A DNA stretch of 64,000 bases from Mycobacteriales bacterium. Its GTDB lineage: Bacteria; Actinomycetota; Actinomycetes; Mycobacteriales; SCTD01. The translations under genes and the position numbers were made by a program. Location of the stretch: contig JBKJVH010000036.1 of the NCBI GenBank assembly GCA_046590985.1, positions 11,325 to 75,324 on the forward strand, in the 5' to 3' direction. A model generated the notes under the pieces. The model was given only the letters and a program-made list of their open reading frames with translations, made no database searches and was not told where the DNA came from. Positions 18,067 to 26,749 of the stretch are shown in pieces (position 1 is the first letter of the stretch; every line of letters starts with the position of its first letter).

Positions 18067-18094
18067 CCTGTGGATCGTTTTCGTTGTCCACAGG
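18067..18094. promoter_or_regulatory. inverted repeat, candidate operator upstream of the four-gene module
   Basis: CCTGTGGA-N12-TCCACAGG with perfect 8-bp arms, about 22 nt upstream of the start at 18044 (minus strand). Confidence 0.4.
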
Positions 18095-18330
18095 GCAGGA
18101 AACGCCTCAGCCTGGCCTACACCGACGCGGCCACGACGACCGTGACCGGCGCCGTCCCCGACCCGGCGCTCGGGACCCTGCGACTGCGCGGGGTGACGCT
18201 GACCGGGAACTCCAGCCCGCGCGGAGGGCGCACCTGCGGCGAGACGATCTCGACGGTCGTCTCCCTGGGGCGCAACCGCGCCGACGACCGGACCTGCCAC
18301 CTCACGAAGCCGGGGGACCGCGAGCGGTAA
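18070..18330 (+). CDS. possible small protein (about 86 aa) or gene remnant
   Basis: From 18121 to the TAA at 18328-18330, 68 of 70 codons end in G/C and first positions are purine-rich, a strong coding signal in this frame. The start is unclear (GTG 18070 or TTG 18064, both inside the IR). No family recognised. Confidence 0.3.
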   Translation: MDRFRCPQGRKRLSLAYTDAATTTVTGAVPDPALGTLRLRGVTLTGNSSPRGGRTCGETISTVVSLGRNRADDRTCHLTKPGDRER

Positions 18331-18391
18331 CAGGACCACCGATGAGTTCTTGGCCCCCTTCTCGTCCTAGTCTCCGACGAGGAGGTGTGCC

Positions 18392-19507
18392 ATGGCAGGT
18401 GTACGGGTGCTGGTCGGGACGCGCAAGGGCGCGTTCGTGCTCACGAGCGATGCAGGACGGCGGGACTGGAAGGTCGACGGCCCGCACTTCGGGGGCTGGG
18501 AGATGTACCACCTGAAGGGTTCCCCGGTGGACCCGGACCGGATCTGGGCGAGCCAGTCCGGTGGCTGGTTCGGCCAGCAGGTGCAGCGCTCCGAGGACGG
18601 CGGCCAGACCTGGAACCCGGTCGGCAAGGACTTCAGCTATGCCAGCGTCCCGGGGACGCACCAGTGGTACGACGGCACCCCGCACCCGTGGGAGTTCGCG
18701 CGGGTCTGGCACTTCGAGCCCTCCCTCACCGACCGGGACACCGTCTATGCCGGGGTCGAGGACGCTGCGCTGTTCAAGACGACCGACGGCGGTGACAGCT
18801 GGCAGGAGGTCGCCGGCCTGCGCGAGCACGGCTCCGGCCCGCACTGGCAGCCCGGCGCCGGCGGCATGTGCCTGCACACGATCTTGCTGCACCCGACCGA
18901 CGAGCAGAAGCTCTGGACCGCCATCAGCGCGGCCGGGGTGTTCCGCACCGAGGACGGTGGCGCCACCTGGATCCCGAGCAACAACGGCCTTCAGTCCGGT
19001 GAGATCCCCGACCCGGAGGCCAACGTCGGCCACTGCGTCCACAACCTCGCGATGCACCCGGGTCGGCCGGACACGCTCTACATGCAGAAGCACTGGGACG
19101 TGATGCGCAGCGACGACGCGGGCGCGTCCTGGACCGAGGTGAGTGGCAACCTGCCGAGCGACTTCGGGTTCCCCATCGATGTGCACGCCCACGAGCCCGA
19201 GACCGTGTTCGTCGTACCGATCCTGTCGGACTCCCAGCACTTCCCGCCGGACGGGAAGCTGCGGGTCTACCGCAGCCGGACCGGCGGCAACGAGTGGGAG
19301 CCGCTGACCAAGGGACTGCCGCAGGAGCACTGCTACGTCAACGTGCTCCGGGACGCCATGGCTGTGGACTCGCTCGACGAGTGCGGCATCTACTTCGGTA
19401 CGACCGGGGGTCAGGTCTACTGCTCGCCCGACGGCGGGGACAGCTGGGAGGCGATCGTCCGCGACCTGCCGGCGGTCCTGTCCGTCGAGGTGCAGACGCT
19501 GCCATGA
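18392..19507 (+). CDS. BNR/Asp-box repeat beta-propeller protein (sialidase-like / Ycf48-like)
   Basis: 371 aa with repeated Asp-box-like motifs: [50 protein letters not shown] upstream. Confidence 0.85.
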   Translation: MAGVRVLVGTRKGAFVLTSDAGRRDWKVDGPHFGGWEMYHLKGSPVDPDRIWASQSGGWFGQQVQRSEDGGQTWNPVGKDFSYASVPGTHQWYDGTPHPWEFARVWHFEPSLTDRDTVYAGVEDAALFKTTDGGDSWQEVAGLREHGSGPHWQPGAGGMCLHTILLHPTDEQKLWTAISAAGVFRTEDGGATWIPSNNGLQSGEIPDPEANVGHCVHNLAMHPGRPDTLYMQKHWDVMRSDDAGASWTEVSGNLPSDFGFPIDVHAHEPETVFVVPILSDSQHFPPDGKLRVYRSRTGGNEWEPLTKGLPQEHCYVNVLRDAMAVDSLDECGIYFGTTGGQVYCSPDGGDSWEAIVRDLPAVLSVEVQTLP

Positions 19508-19785
19508 CCCGGGTCGTGCTGCCCTACCACCTGCGGAACCTCGCCAAGGTCGACGGCGAGGTGGTCGTGGCCGGGGGCACCGTCACGGAGGTCCTCGACG
19601 CGCTCGAGGCGGCCTATCCGGTGCTGCGCGGGACGCTGCGCGACAACGGCAAGCGTCGCTCGTTCGTGCGCTTCTTCGCCTGCCAGGAGGACCTCTCGCA
19701 CACGGGGTATGACGAGCCGCTGCCGCCTGCGGTCACCGAGGGCAAGGAACCGTTCCTGGTCGTCGGCGCGATGGCGGGCGGCTGA
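19504..19785 (+). CDS. MoaD/ThiS-family ubiquitin-like beta-grasp protein ending in Gly-Gly
   Basis: 93 aa with an ATGA overlap with the BNR gene. The C-terminus ...[12 protein letters not shown] has the diglycine typical of sulfur-carrier/Ubl proteins. Confidence 0.8.
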   Translation: MTRVVLPYHLRNLAKVDGEVVVAGGTVTEVLDALEAAYPVLRGTLRDNGKRRSFVRFFACQEDLSHTGYDEPLPPAVTEGKEPFLVVGAMAGG

Positions 19786-19787
19786 GC

Positions 19788-19940
19788 TCAGCGCGTGGGC
19801 GTGAGCTCCGGGTCGTTCGCGGCCAGCAGTCCGGAGGCGCCCTCGAGGAAAGGGGCGTCGAGCAGGTGCGCGACGATGCGGAAGAACGCGACGTCCGCGA
19901 CCTCGTCCCACGTGGTGGGTACCGACTCGATCCGCTTCAT
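19788..19940 (-). CDS. small hypothetical protein (50 aa)
   Basis: MKRIESVPTTWDEVADVAFFRIVAHLLDAPFLEG... has high GC3, and GAGGA lies 7 nt upstream of ATG 19940. The track ORF starts 12 codons earlier. Confidence 0.45.
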   Translation of the reverse strand: MKRIESVPTTWDEVADVAFFRIVAHLLDAPFLEGASGLLAANDPELTPTR

Positions 19941-20039
19941 GTGCGGTTCCTCAGGGGCAGGGGTTGAGGATCTCAATGTGCGCCGGCAGGACGGGCGTCA
20001 CCATCCCCAGAACGGACAGACCTGGCATGTCCGAAATGA

Positions 20040-21182
20040 CTACTCGAAGCCGTCAAGCTTGGCCAGCACCATGAGCATCACCTCGTCGGCGCCGCCGCCG
20101 ATCGAGAGCAGCCGGCTGTCCCGGAAGAACCGCGACGTCCAGGTCTCCTCCATGTAGCCCATCCCGCCGTAGAACTGCATGCAGGTGTCGGCCACCTCGC
20201 GCGCGAGCCGGCCGGTCATGAGCTTGGCGACGGTGGCGTACCGGGTGGTGTCCTCGCCGTTCATGAACGCCTCGGCGCACGCGTAGTTGTGAGCCTGCAC
20301 CAGGTCGATCTGCGCGGACAGCTCGGCCATCCGAAAAGCGATGTACTGGTTGGCCATCAGCGGCTTGCCGAAGGCCTCACGCTGCTTGAGGTAGTCGCGG
20401 GTCCGCTCCAGCGCGCGGCGGCACGAGCCGGGGGAGCCGTAGGCGGCGAACATCCGCTCGATGACGAACTGCGACATCTGCTGCTGGAAGCCGCGGCCGA
20501 TGGTGCCGATGGTGTTCTCGACCGGCACGCGGACGTCCTCGAAGACCAGCTCGGCGGTGTCGGACGACCGCTGGCCCAGCTTGTCGAGCTTGCGCGAGAC
20601 CCGGAACCCGGGGGAGCTGGTCTCGACGATGAGCTGCGACATCCCGCGGTAGCCGCCCTCGTCGGAGGTGCGCGCGAGCACGCACATCCAGTCCGCCTGG
20701 GTGCCGTTCGTGATGTAGAGCTTGGTGCCGTTGAGCACCCACTCCTCGCCGTCGCGCACCGCCTTGGTACGGATCGACGCGACGTCCGAACCGGCGCCCG
20801 CCTCGGTGACCGCGATGGAGCAGACCTGGGTGCCGGCAATGGCCGGGACGAGGTACTTCTGCTTGAGCTCCTCGCTGCCGAACGTGGCCAGCGAGGGCGT
20901 CGCCATGCTGCTCTGCACGCCGATCGCCATCGGGATGCCACCGGCGCCGCAGCGCGCGATCTCCTCGCAGGCGATCACGGTGAACAGGTGGTCGGCGCCC
21001 TGGCCGCCGTAGGCCGGGTCGTACTCCAGACCGAGCAGGCCGACCGCGCCGAGCTTGGGGAACAGCTCGTGCGCGGGGAAGATCCCGGCCCGCTCCCACT
21101 CCTCGATGTGGGGCACGATCTCGCGCTCGACGACGTCGCGGACCATCTTGCGGAAGGCGTGGTGCTCTTCGGTGAAGCGCAC
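20040..21182 (-). CDS. acyl-CoA dehydrogenase
   Basis: 380 aa from GTG 21182 (GGAGGAG upstream). It has typical ACAD blocks: CSIAVTEAGAGSD, GEEWVLNGTKLYITNG, YGGMGYMEE, IGGGADEV. The track ORF (831 aa) is an over-extension. Confidence 0.9.
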   Translation of the reverse strand: MRFTEEHHAFRKMVRDVVEREIVPHIEEWERAGIFPAHELFPKLGAVGLLGLEYDPAYGGQGADHLFTVIACEEIARCGAGGIPMAIGVQSSMATPSLATFGSEELKQKYLVPAIAGTQVCSIAVTEAGAGSDVASIRTKAVRDGEEWVLNGTKLYITNGTQADWMCVLARTSDEGGYRGMSQLIVETSSPGFRVSRKLDKLGQRSSDTAELVFEDVRVPVENTIGTIGRGFQQQMSQFVIERMFAAYGSPGSCRRALERTRDYLKQREAFGKPLMANQYIAFRMAELSAQIDLVQAHNYACAEAFMNGEDTTRYATVAKLMTGRLAREVADTCMQFYGGMGYMEETWTSRFFRDSRLLSIGGGADEVMLMVLAKLDGFE

Positions 21183-21254
21183 CGGCGCTCCTCCTTCTTC
21201 GACTCGGAGTGTTTCCCGGAACGTACAGGTTTCCGCGCCGGGCAGACTGTCGAG

Positions 21255-23714
21255 GTGCTGCCAGCCGACGGGACCCCTGGGACCGACCTGCCGGTGCGGC
21301 AAGGGTTGGCCGAGCTGGCGGGTGCCTTGGAGCGGGTCGGCGCGGCCGTGCTGGTCGCGCCCCCGGGGTCGGGGAAGACGACGCTGGTCCCGTTGGCGCT
21401 GGCCGGCCTGACCGCGCGCCGGGTCGTGGTGGCAGAGCCCCGCCGGATCGCGGCGCGCGCGGCGGCCCGCCGGATGTCGGCGTTGCTGGGGGAGGCCCCC
21501 GGGGTCTCGGTCGGCCACACGGTCCGCGGCGAGAGCACGGTCGGCCCGCGTACGCGCATCGAGGTCGTCACGACCGGCGTGCTGGTGCGTCGGCTCCAGC
21601 GTGATGCAGAGCTGCCTGGTGTCGGGGCAGTGGTGCTGGATGAGTGCCACGAGCGGCACCTGGACACCGACCTGGCGCTGGCGTTCGGGATCGACGTGCG
21701 CGCTGCACTGCGGCCGGACCTGCTGCTGGTGGCGATGTCGGCGACCGCCCAGGCCACCCGGTTGGCTGCGGTGCTCGGCGGGGTGCCGGTGGTCGAGGTG
21801 ACCGGGGCGCTGCACCCGGTGGAGACCGTCTGGTGTCCGCCGCCCGCCACGGTCGCCCCGGCTTATGGGTTGCGGGTGGACCCGGCGCTGCTCGCGCACG
21901 TCGCGACCGTGGTGCGCCGGGCGTACGCGGAGACCACCGGTGACCTGCTGGTGTTCCTTCCCGGTGCGGGGGAGATCTCGGCGGTGGCTGCGCGGTTGGG
22001 CGATCTCGACGTCGTACCCCTGCACGGCAGGTTGGCGGCGGCCGCGCAGGACGCGGCGCTGCAGCAGCGCTCGGGACGCCGGATCGTGCTGGCAACCTCG
22101 GTCGCGGAGAGCAGCCTGACGGTGCCCGGGGTGCGGACGGTCGTGGACGCCGGGCTGGCCCGGGTGCCGCGCGTGGACCTGGCCCGCGGGCTGGGGGCGC
22201 TGGTCACCGTGCCGGTGTCGCGGGCCTCGGCCCAGCAGCGGGCCGGCCGGGCAGGGCGGGAGGCGCCGGGTTGGGTCTACCGCTGCTGGTCGGCGGCGAC
22301 GCACGACCGGCTGCCCGCCCACGCCGAGCCGGAGATCGCGACGGCTGACCTGACCGCCTTCGCCCTTGAGCTCGCGTGCTGGGGTGCGCCGGGAGGGCGC
22401 GGGCTGGGGCTGCTCGACCCGCTGCCGGCTGGTGCCGCCGACGTCGCCGACCGGGTGCTGCGGGAGCTCGGAGCCGTCGACGAGGCCGGGGCGGCCACCG
22501 CCCGCGGCCGGGAGCTGCTCGCGGTCGGCGCGCACCCTCGGCTGGCCCGGGCGCTGCTCGACGGCGCTCGCGAGGTGGGGACGCGACTGGCGGCCGAGGT
22601 GGTGGCTGTGCTGTCGGACGACAGTGTGGTCGGCGCGACGGATGATGTCGCCGAGGTGCTCCGCGGGCTGCGGAACGGCCGGGACCGGGGCGCCACGGGA
22701 CGATGGCGGCAGGAGGTGCGGCGGCTGCAGCCGGAGGGTCGTGCCGAAGGAGCCGTGGCTCCCGATCTGGCCGCCGGGCTGGTCGTCGGGCTGGCCTTCC
22801 CGGAGCGGCTGGCGCGGCAGCGGTCACCGGGGAGCGACACCTACCTGATGGCCGGCGGCACGGCGGCGGAGCTGTCCGGTGGCTCGGCGCTCCGAGGCGC
22901 GGGGTGGCTCGCGGTGGCCGTCGCCGACCGGAGCCCTGGGCGGCGGGACGCCCGGATCCGGCTGGCCGCCGCGGTCGATGAGGCCACCGCGTCGGCCGCG
23001 GGCGGTTCGTTGCTCGCGGTCGGCTCAGAGGTGGTGTGGGAGGGCGGCGACGTCCGGAGCCGGCAGGTGTCCCGGCTCGGGGCGCTGGTGCTGAAGGAAC
23101 GACCCGATCCCTCGCCCGACCGGGCTGCGGTGGCCCGCGCCCTCCAGGTGGGACTGCGGCTCGAGGGGCTGGACCTGCTGCGCTGGACGGCAGCGGCCCG
23201 TGACCTCAGGCTGCGGCTGGCGGCCTGTCGCGACGGGCTGGGCGATCCCTGGCCGGTCGTCAGCGACGAGGCGCTGCTGGGGTCGTTCGACCTGTCGGCC
23301 GCGCGGCACCGGGCCGACCTGCTGCGGCTCGATGTCCTGGGCTTGCTGCGATCCCTGGTGCCGTGGCAGGCCCTGGCGGTCCTGGAGCAGGTCGCGCCGG
23401 AGCGCATCGAGGTGCCCAGCGGGTCTCGGATCCGGGTCGACTACACCGACATCCCGACGCTCTCGGTCCGGGTGCAGGAGGTGTTCGGCTGGAACGACGC
23501 ACCCGTCGTCACGGGGCGGCCGCTCCGGCTGCACCTGCTGTCGCCGGCCGGCCGGGTAGCGGCGGTGACGAGCGACCTCGGCTCCTTCTGGACCACTGGC
23601 TACCCCGCCGTGCGGGTCGAGCTGCGGGGTCGCTACCCGAAGCACGCGTGGCCTGAGGACCCGTCCGTCGCGGTTGCCACGCACCGCCCCCGGCGGCCTA
23701 CGGTGGGGTCATGA
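21255..23714 (+). CDS. hrpB: ATP-dependent helicase HrpB (DEAH-box)
   Basis: About 819 aa from GTG 21255. Walker A APPGSGKTT, DECHER, QRAGRAGR, and a long HrpB-type C-terminal region. The first ~320 codons of the track ORF are antisense to the ACAD gene. Confidence 0.85.
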   Translation: MLPADGTPGTDLPVRQGLAELAGALERVGAAVLVAPPGSGKTTLVPLALAGLTARRVVVAEPRRIAARAAARRMSALLGEAPGVSVGHTVRGESTVGPRTRIEVVTTGVLVRRLQRDAELPGVGAVVLDECHERHLDTDLALAFGIDVRAALRPDLLLVAMSATAQATRLAAVLGGVPVVEVTGALHPVETVWCPPPATVAPAYGLRVDPALLAHVATVVRRAYAETTGDLLVFLPGAGEISAVAARLGDLDVVPLHGRLAAAAQDAALQQRSGRRIVLATSVAESSLTVPGVRTVVDAGLARVPRVDLARGLGALVTVPVSRASAQQRAGRAGREAPGWVYRCWSAATHDRLPAHAEPEIATADLTAFALELACWGAPGGRGLGLLDPLPAGAADVADRVLRELGAVDEAGAATARGRELLAVGAHPRLARALLDGAREVGTRLAAEVVAVLSDDSVVGATDDVAEVLRGLRNGRDRGATGRWRQEVRRLQPEGRAEGAVAPDLAAGLVVGLAFPERLARQRSPGSDTYLMAGGTAAELSGGSALRGAGWLAVAVADRSPGRRDARIRLAAAVDEATASAAGGSLLAVGSEVVWEGGDVRSRQVSRLGALVLKERPDPSPDRAAVARALQVGLRLEGLDLLRWTAAARDLRLRLAACRDGLGDPWPVVSDEALLGSFDLSAARHRADLLRLDVLGLLRSLVPWQALAVLEQVAPERIEVPSGSRIRVDYTDIPTLSVRVQEVFGWNDAPVVTGRPLRLHLLSPAGRVAAVTSDLGSFWTTGYPAVRVELRGRYPKHAWPEDPSVAVATHRPRRPTVGS

Positions 23715-24142
23715 CCACCACCCCGAAGAACAGCCCGGTCGACTGGGTCGGCAAGCACATCGAGGACTACGTCGCCTCCGGGGGCGCGGAGGGCCACGTC
23801 TTCCACGGCGCGACCGCGCTGCTGCTGACGGTGACCGGCCGCACCAGTGGCGAGCCGCGTCGGACGGCCCTGTACTACGTCGCCGACGGCGAGCGGTACG
23901 TCGTGGTCGCGAGCCAGGGCGGCGCCCCCACGGACCCGCAGTGGTACCTCAACCTGCAGGCCGACCCGCACGTCACGGTGCAGGTCGGGCCGGAGGTGTT
24001 CGACGCGGTGGCGACCACTGCGGGTCCCGACGAGCGGCAGCGGCTGTGGGAGCTGTCGGTCGCCAACTGGCCGGCGTACGAGGAGTACGCGACCAGGACC
24101 GAGCGCGAGATCCCGGTCGTCCTCCTCACGAAGGTGCTCTAG
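23711..24142 (+). CDS. deazaflavin (F420)-dependent nitroreductase-family oxidoreductase (Ddn-like)
   Basis: 143 aa. The pattern ...GRTSGEPRRTALYYVADGERYVVVASQGGAPTDPQWYLNL is typical of the family. ATGA overlap with hrpB. Confidence 0.75.
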   Translation: MTTTPKNSPVDWVGKHIEDYVASGGAEGHVFHGATALLLTVTGRTSGEPRRTALYYVADGERYVVVASQGGAPTDPQWYLNLQADPHVTVQVGPEVFDAVATTAGPDERQRLWELSVANWPAYEEYATRTEREIPVVLLTKVL

Positions 24143-25533
24143 TGGACCTCACCTCCGCCTTGTCCGTTGCGGCGGCGATCCGCGCCAAGGAGGTCAGCCC
24201 GACCGAGGTGCTGGAGGCCTGCCTGGCACGCGTGGACGAGGTGAACGGCCGCGTCAACGCCATCATCTGGCGCGACGACGAGCAGGCCCGCGCCGCCGCG
24301 AAGGAAGCCACCGAAGCCGTCCAGCGGGGGGAGGAGCTCGGGCCCTTCCACGGCGTGCCGATCCCGATCAAGGACCTCACTCCCGTCGAGGGTTGGCCGA
24401 CCACGTTCGGCTCCTTCGGCGCACCGGACACCCCCTCGGTGGAGTCCGAGCTCGTCGTGGTGGCCCTGCAACGAGCCGGCTTCGTGCTGGCCGGCCGGAC
24501 CAACACGCCGGCGTTCGGCCCGATCACCGTCACCGAGAACCTCCGGTACGGCGTGACGCGCAACCCCTGGAACCTCGACCACACCCCGGGCGGCTCGAGC
24601 GGCGGCGCGGCGGCCTCCGTCGCCGCGGGGATGTTCCCGGTCGCGCACGCCAACGACGGCGGTGGCTCGATCCGGATCCCGGCCTCCTGCTGCGGGCTGG
24701 TCGGGCTCAAGCCCAGCCGCGGCCGGGTGCCGGCCCTGGTCACGCCCTGGGAAGGCGCGTCGGTCGAGGGGTCGGTGACGCGGACCGTTGCCGATGCCGC
24801 GGCCCTTCTTGACGTGATCAGCCGACCGGACCCGCTGTGCTGGTACAACGCTCCGGCCCCTGCTCGCGCCTTCGCCGACGAGGCGCTGACCGCCCCGGGT
24901 CGGCTCCGGATCGGGCTCGTGGAGCAGGCGCCCTTCGGGCTGCCGGTCGACCCGGAGTGCCTGGCCGCGGTCCGGCGCACCGCCGCTGACCTCGAGGCGC
25001 TCGGGCACGTCGTCGTACCGGCTGCGCTGGAGGTGCCGGACAACGCGTTGAACGCGTTCCTGACGATCGTGCACTCCGGGCTCGCGGACTACCCGGGGGT
25101 CGACTGGAGCCGGACCGAGCCGCACATCCAGGCCAATCGCCTGACCGCACAGGGGATCGACAGCCTGACGTACGTGGAAGCCGTGCACACGCTTCAGCGG
25201 TTCAGCAGGGTCGAGGTGGCCCGCTGGGGCGCGGAGTTCGACGTGCTCCTCACCCCCACGCTGTCGATCCTGCCGCCCGCCGTCGGCGTGCTCGAGCAGG
25301 TGCACGCCGACCCGGCGAACACGAACTTCACGGTGTTCCAGATGGCGGTGTTCAACGCGTTCTTCAACATCACGGGGCAGCCGGCGATCTCGCTGCCGCT
25401 GCACCTGTCCGACGGTGGCCTGCCGATGGGCGTACAGCTCGTGGGTGGCCCGTGGCAGGAGAGCCTGCTGCTCCGGCTCGCGGCTCAGCTCGAGGCGGCC
25501 CACCCGTGGGCCTCCCGGGTGCCGCACCTCTAG
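24142..25533 (+). CDS. amidase (amidase signature family)
   Basis: 463 aa from GTG 24142. It carries the GGSSGGAAA signature and the DGGGSIRIPA block. Confidence 0.85.
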   Translation: MDLTSALSVAAAIRAKEVSPTEVLEACLARVDEVNGRVNAIIWRDDEQARAAAKEATEAVQRGEELGPFHGVPIPIKDLTPVEGWPTTFGSFGAPDTPSVESELVVVALQRAGFVLAGRTNTPAFGPITVTENLRYGVTRNPWNLDHTPGGSSGGAAASVAAGMFPVAHANDGGGSIRIPASCCGLVGLKPSRGRVPALVTPWEGASVEGSVTRTVADAAALLDVISRPDPLCWYNAPAPARAFADEALTAPGRLRIGLVEQAPFGLPVDPECLAAVRRTAADLEALGHVVVPAALEVPDNALNAFLTIVHSGLADYPGVDWSRTEPHIQANRLTAQGIDSLTYVEAVHTLQRFSRVEVARWGAEFDVLLTPTLSILPPAVGVLEQVHADPANTNFTVFQMAVFNAFFNITGQPAISLPLHLSDGGLPMGVQLVGGPWQESLLLRLAAQLEAAHPWASRVPHL

Positions 25534-25608
25534 GCATCCTGTCCGATCGGGCCATTGACCGCTGGTCAGGGCGGGCGGAGGGTCAGGGCAACCCGACCCA
25601 GGAGCCCC

Positions 25609-26646
25609 ATGATGCGCATCCTCGCCCGCGTGCTTGCCGTCACCGCCCTCGTCCTCCCGTTCTCGGCCCCGGGGGTGGCGCAAGCCCGCTCGCACCCTCA
25701 GGTCACGGTGATGAGCCGCAACATCTACCTCGGGTCGGACCTGACACCGGCCGTCACAGCCGGCAGCATCCCGGCGTTCCTCGGGGCGGTGGCCACGATC
25801 TACGGCACGGTGCTGTTCACCGACTTCCCCGCCCGGTCGGGCGCCCTGGCGGACGAGGTGCTCGCTCAGCGCCCCGACCTCATCGGGCTGCAGGAGGTCT
25901 CGAAGTGGACCGTGACCGGGCCCGCCACCGTGCCGGGCCTGGACTACCTCGCGATCCTGCAGGCGCAGCTCGCCGCCCGCGGGCTGCACTACGACGTGGC
26001 AGCGGTGTCGGACAACGCCGACATCGGTCCGGTGCCGCTGGCCGGGCCGTTCTGCACCGGCCCGGTCGGCGCCTGCCTGCTGCGCTTCCAGGACCGGGAC
26101 GTCATCCTCGTCAACCACGACTCCGCGGTCAGCGTCAGCAACCCTCGCACCGGCCGGTACGCCCACCAGCAGGTCATCGCCACCCCGGTCGGCCAGCTGT
26201 CGTTCGCCCGCGGCTGGGCCACGGTGGACGCCACCGTCGACGGGCACTCCTTCCGCTTCGCCAACACCCACCTGGAAACTGAGGACGCCCCGGCGGTCCA
26301 GCAGGCCGAGGGCGTGGAGTTCCTGGCGGCGGTGCGAACGCGGGGTGCGGTCGTCGCGGTCGGTGACTTCAACAGCGCCGCCGACGGCAGCACGACCACG
26401 ACCTACGCCGACCTGACGGGCGACTGGTTCCGGGACGCGGCTCCCGGCGTCGGCCTCACCTGCTGCCAGAACGGCACCCTCACCAACCCGGTGGCGGCCT
26501 ACGGCAGCCGGATCGACCTGGTGCTGGTCCACGGCCCGGCGCAACCGGTGAGCGCAGTACGCGTGGGGGCGGTGCCCTTCCAGGCATCCCCGCCGTTCTG
26601 GTCCTCCGACCATGCGGGTGTCGTGGCGCGGGTGCGGCTGCCGTAG
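25609..26646 (+). CDS. secreted endonuclease/exonuclease/phosphatase (EEP) family protein
   Basis: Signal peptide MMRILARVLAVTALVLPFSAPGVAQA. EEP blocks VMSRNIYLG, GLQEV, ANTHLE, GDFNS and SDHAGV. Confidence 0.75.
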   Translation: MMRILARVLAVTALVLPFSAPGVAQARSHPQVTVMSRNIYLGSDLTPAVTAGSIPAFLGAVATIYGTVLFTDFPARSGALADEVLAQRPDLIGLQEVSKWTVTGPATVPGLDYLAILQAQLAARGLHYDVAAVSDNADIGPVPLAGPFCTGPVGACLLRFQDRDVILVNHDSAVSVSNPRTGRYAHQQVIATPVGQLSFARGWATVDATVDGHSFRFANTHLETEDAPAVQQAEGVEFLAAVRTRGAVVAVGDFNSAADGSTTTTYADLTGDWFRDAAPGVGLTCCQNGTLTNPVAAYGSRIDLVLVHGPAQPVSAVRVGAVPFQASPPFWSSDHAGVVARVRLP

Positions 26647-26749
26647 TTCGGGCGTTCGAAGGCCGTCACCCGGGGGTAGGTCGTGCGTTGACCACGGTGT
26701 GAGCCGACCGGCTCGCGACCCGCAACCCCCCCACGCGGAGGCACCACCG

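Noticed and set aside
18095-18391. Riboswitch (Moco- or cobalamin-type) in the long leader upstream of the BNR/MoaD pair
   Set aside because: I could not recognise conserved riboswitch core motifs. The region instead shows strong three-base periodicity (68 of 70 codons ending in G/C), which fits coding better. An Rfam scan is still advisable.
20040-23714. Over-long track ORFs (831 aa minus, 1141 aa plus) that overlap each other by about 2 kb
   Set aside because: Only the C-terminal 380 aa of the minus ORF (ACAD) and the C-terminal ~819 aa of the plus ORF (HrpB) look like real proteins. The extensions are antisense to the other gene. Starts were reset to GTG 21182 and GTG 21255.
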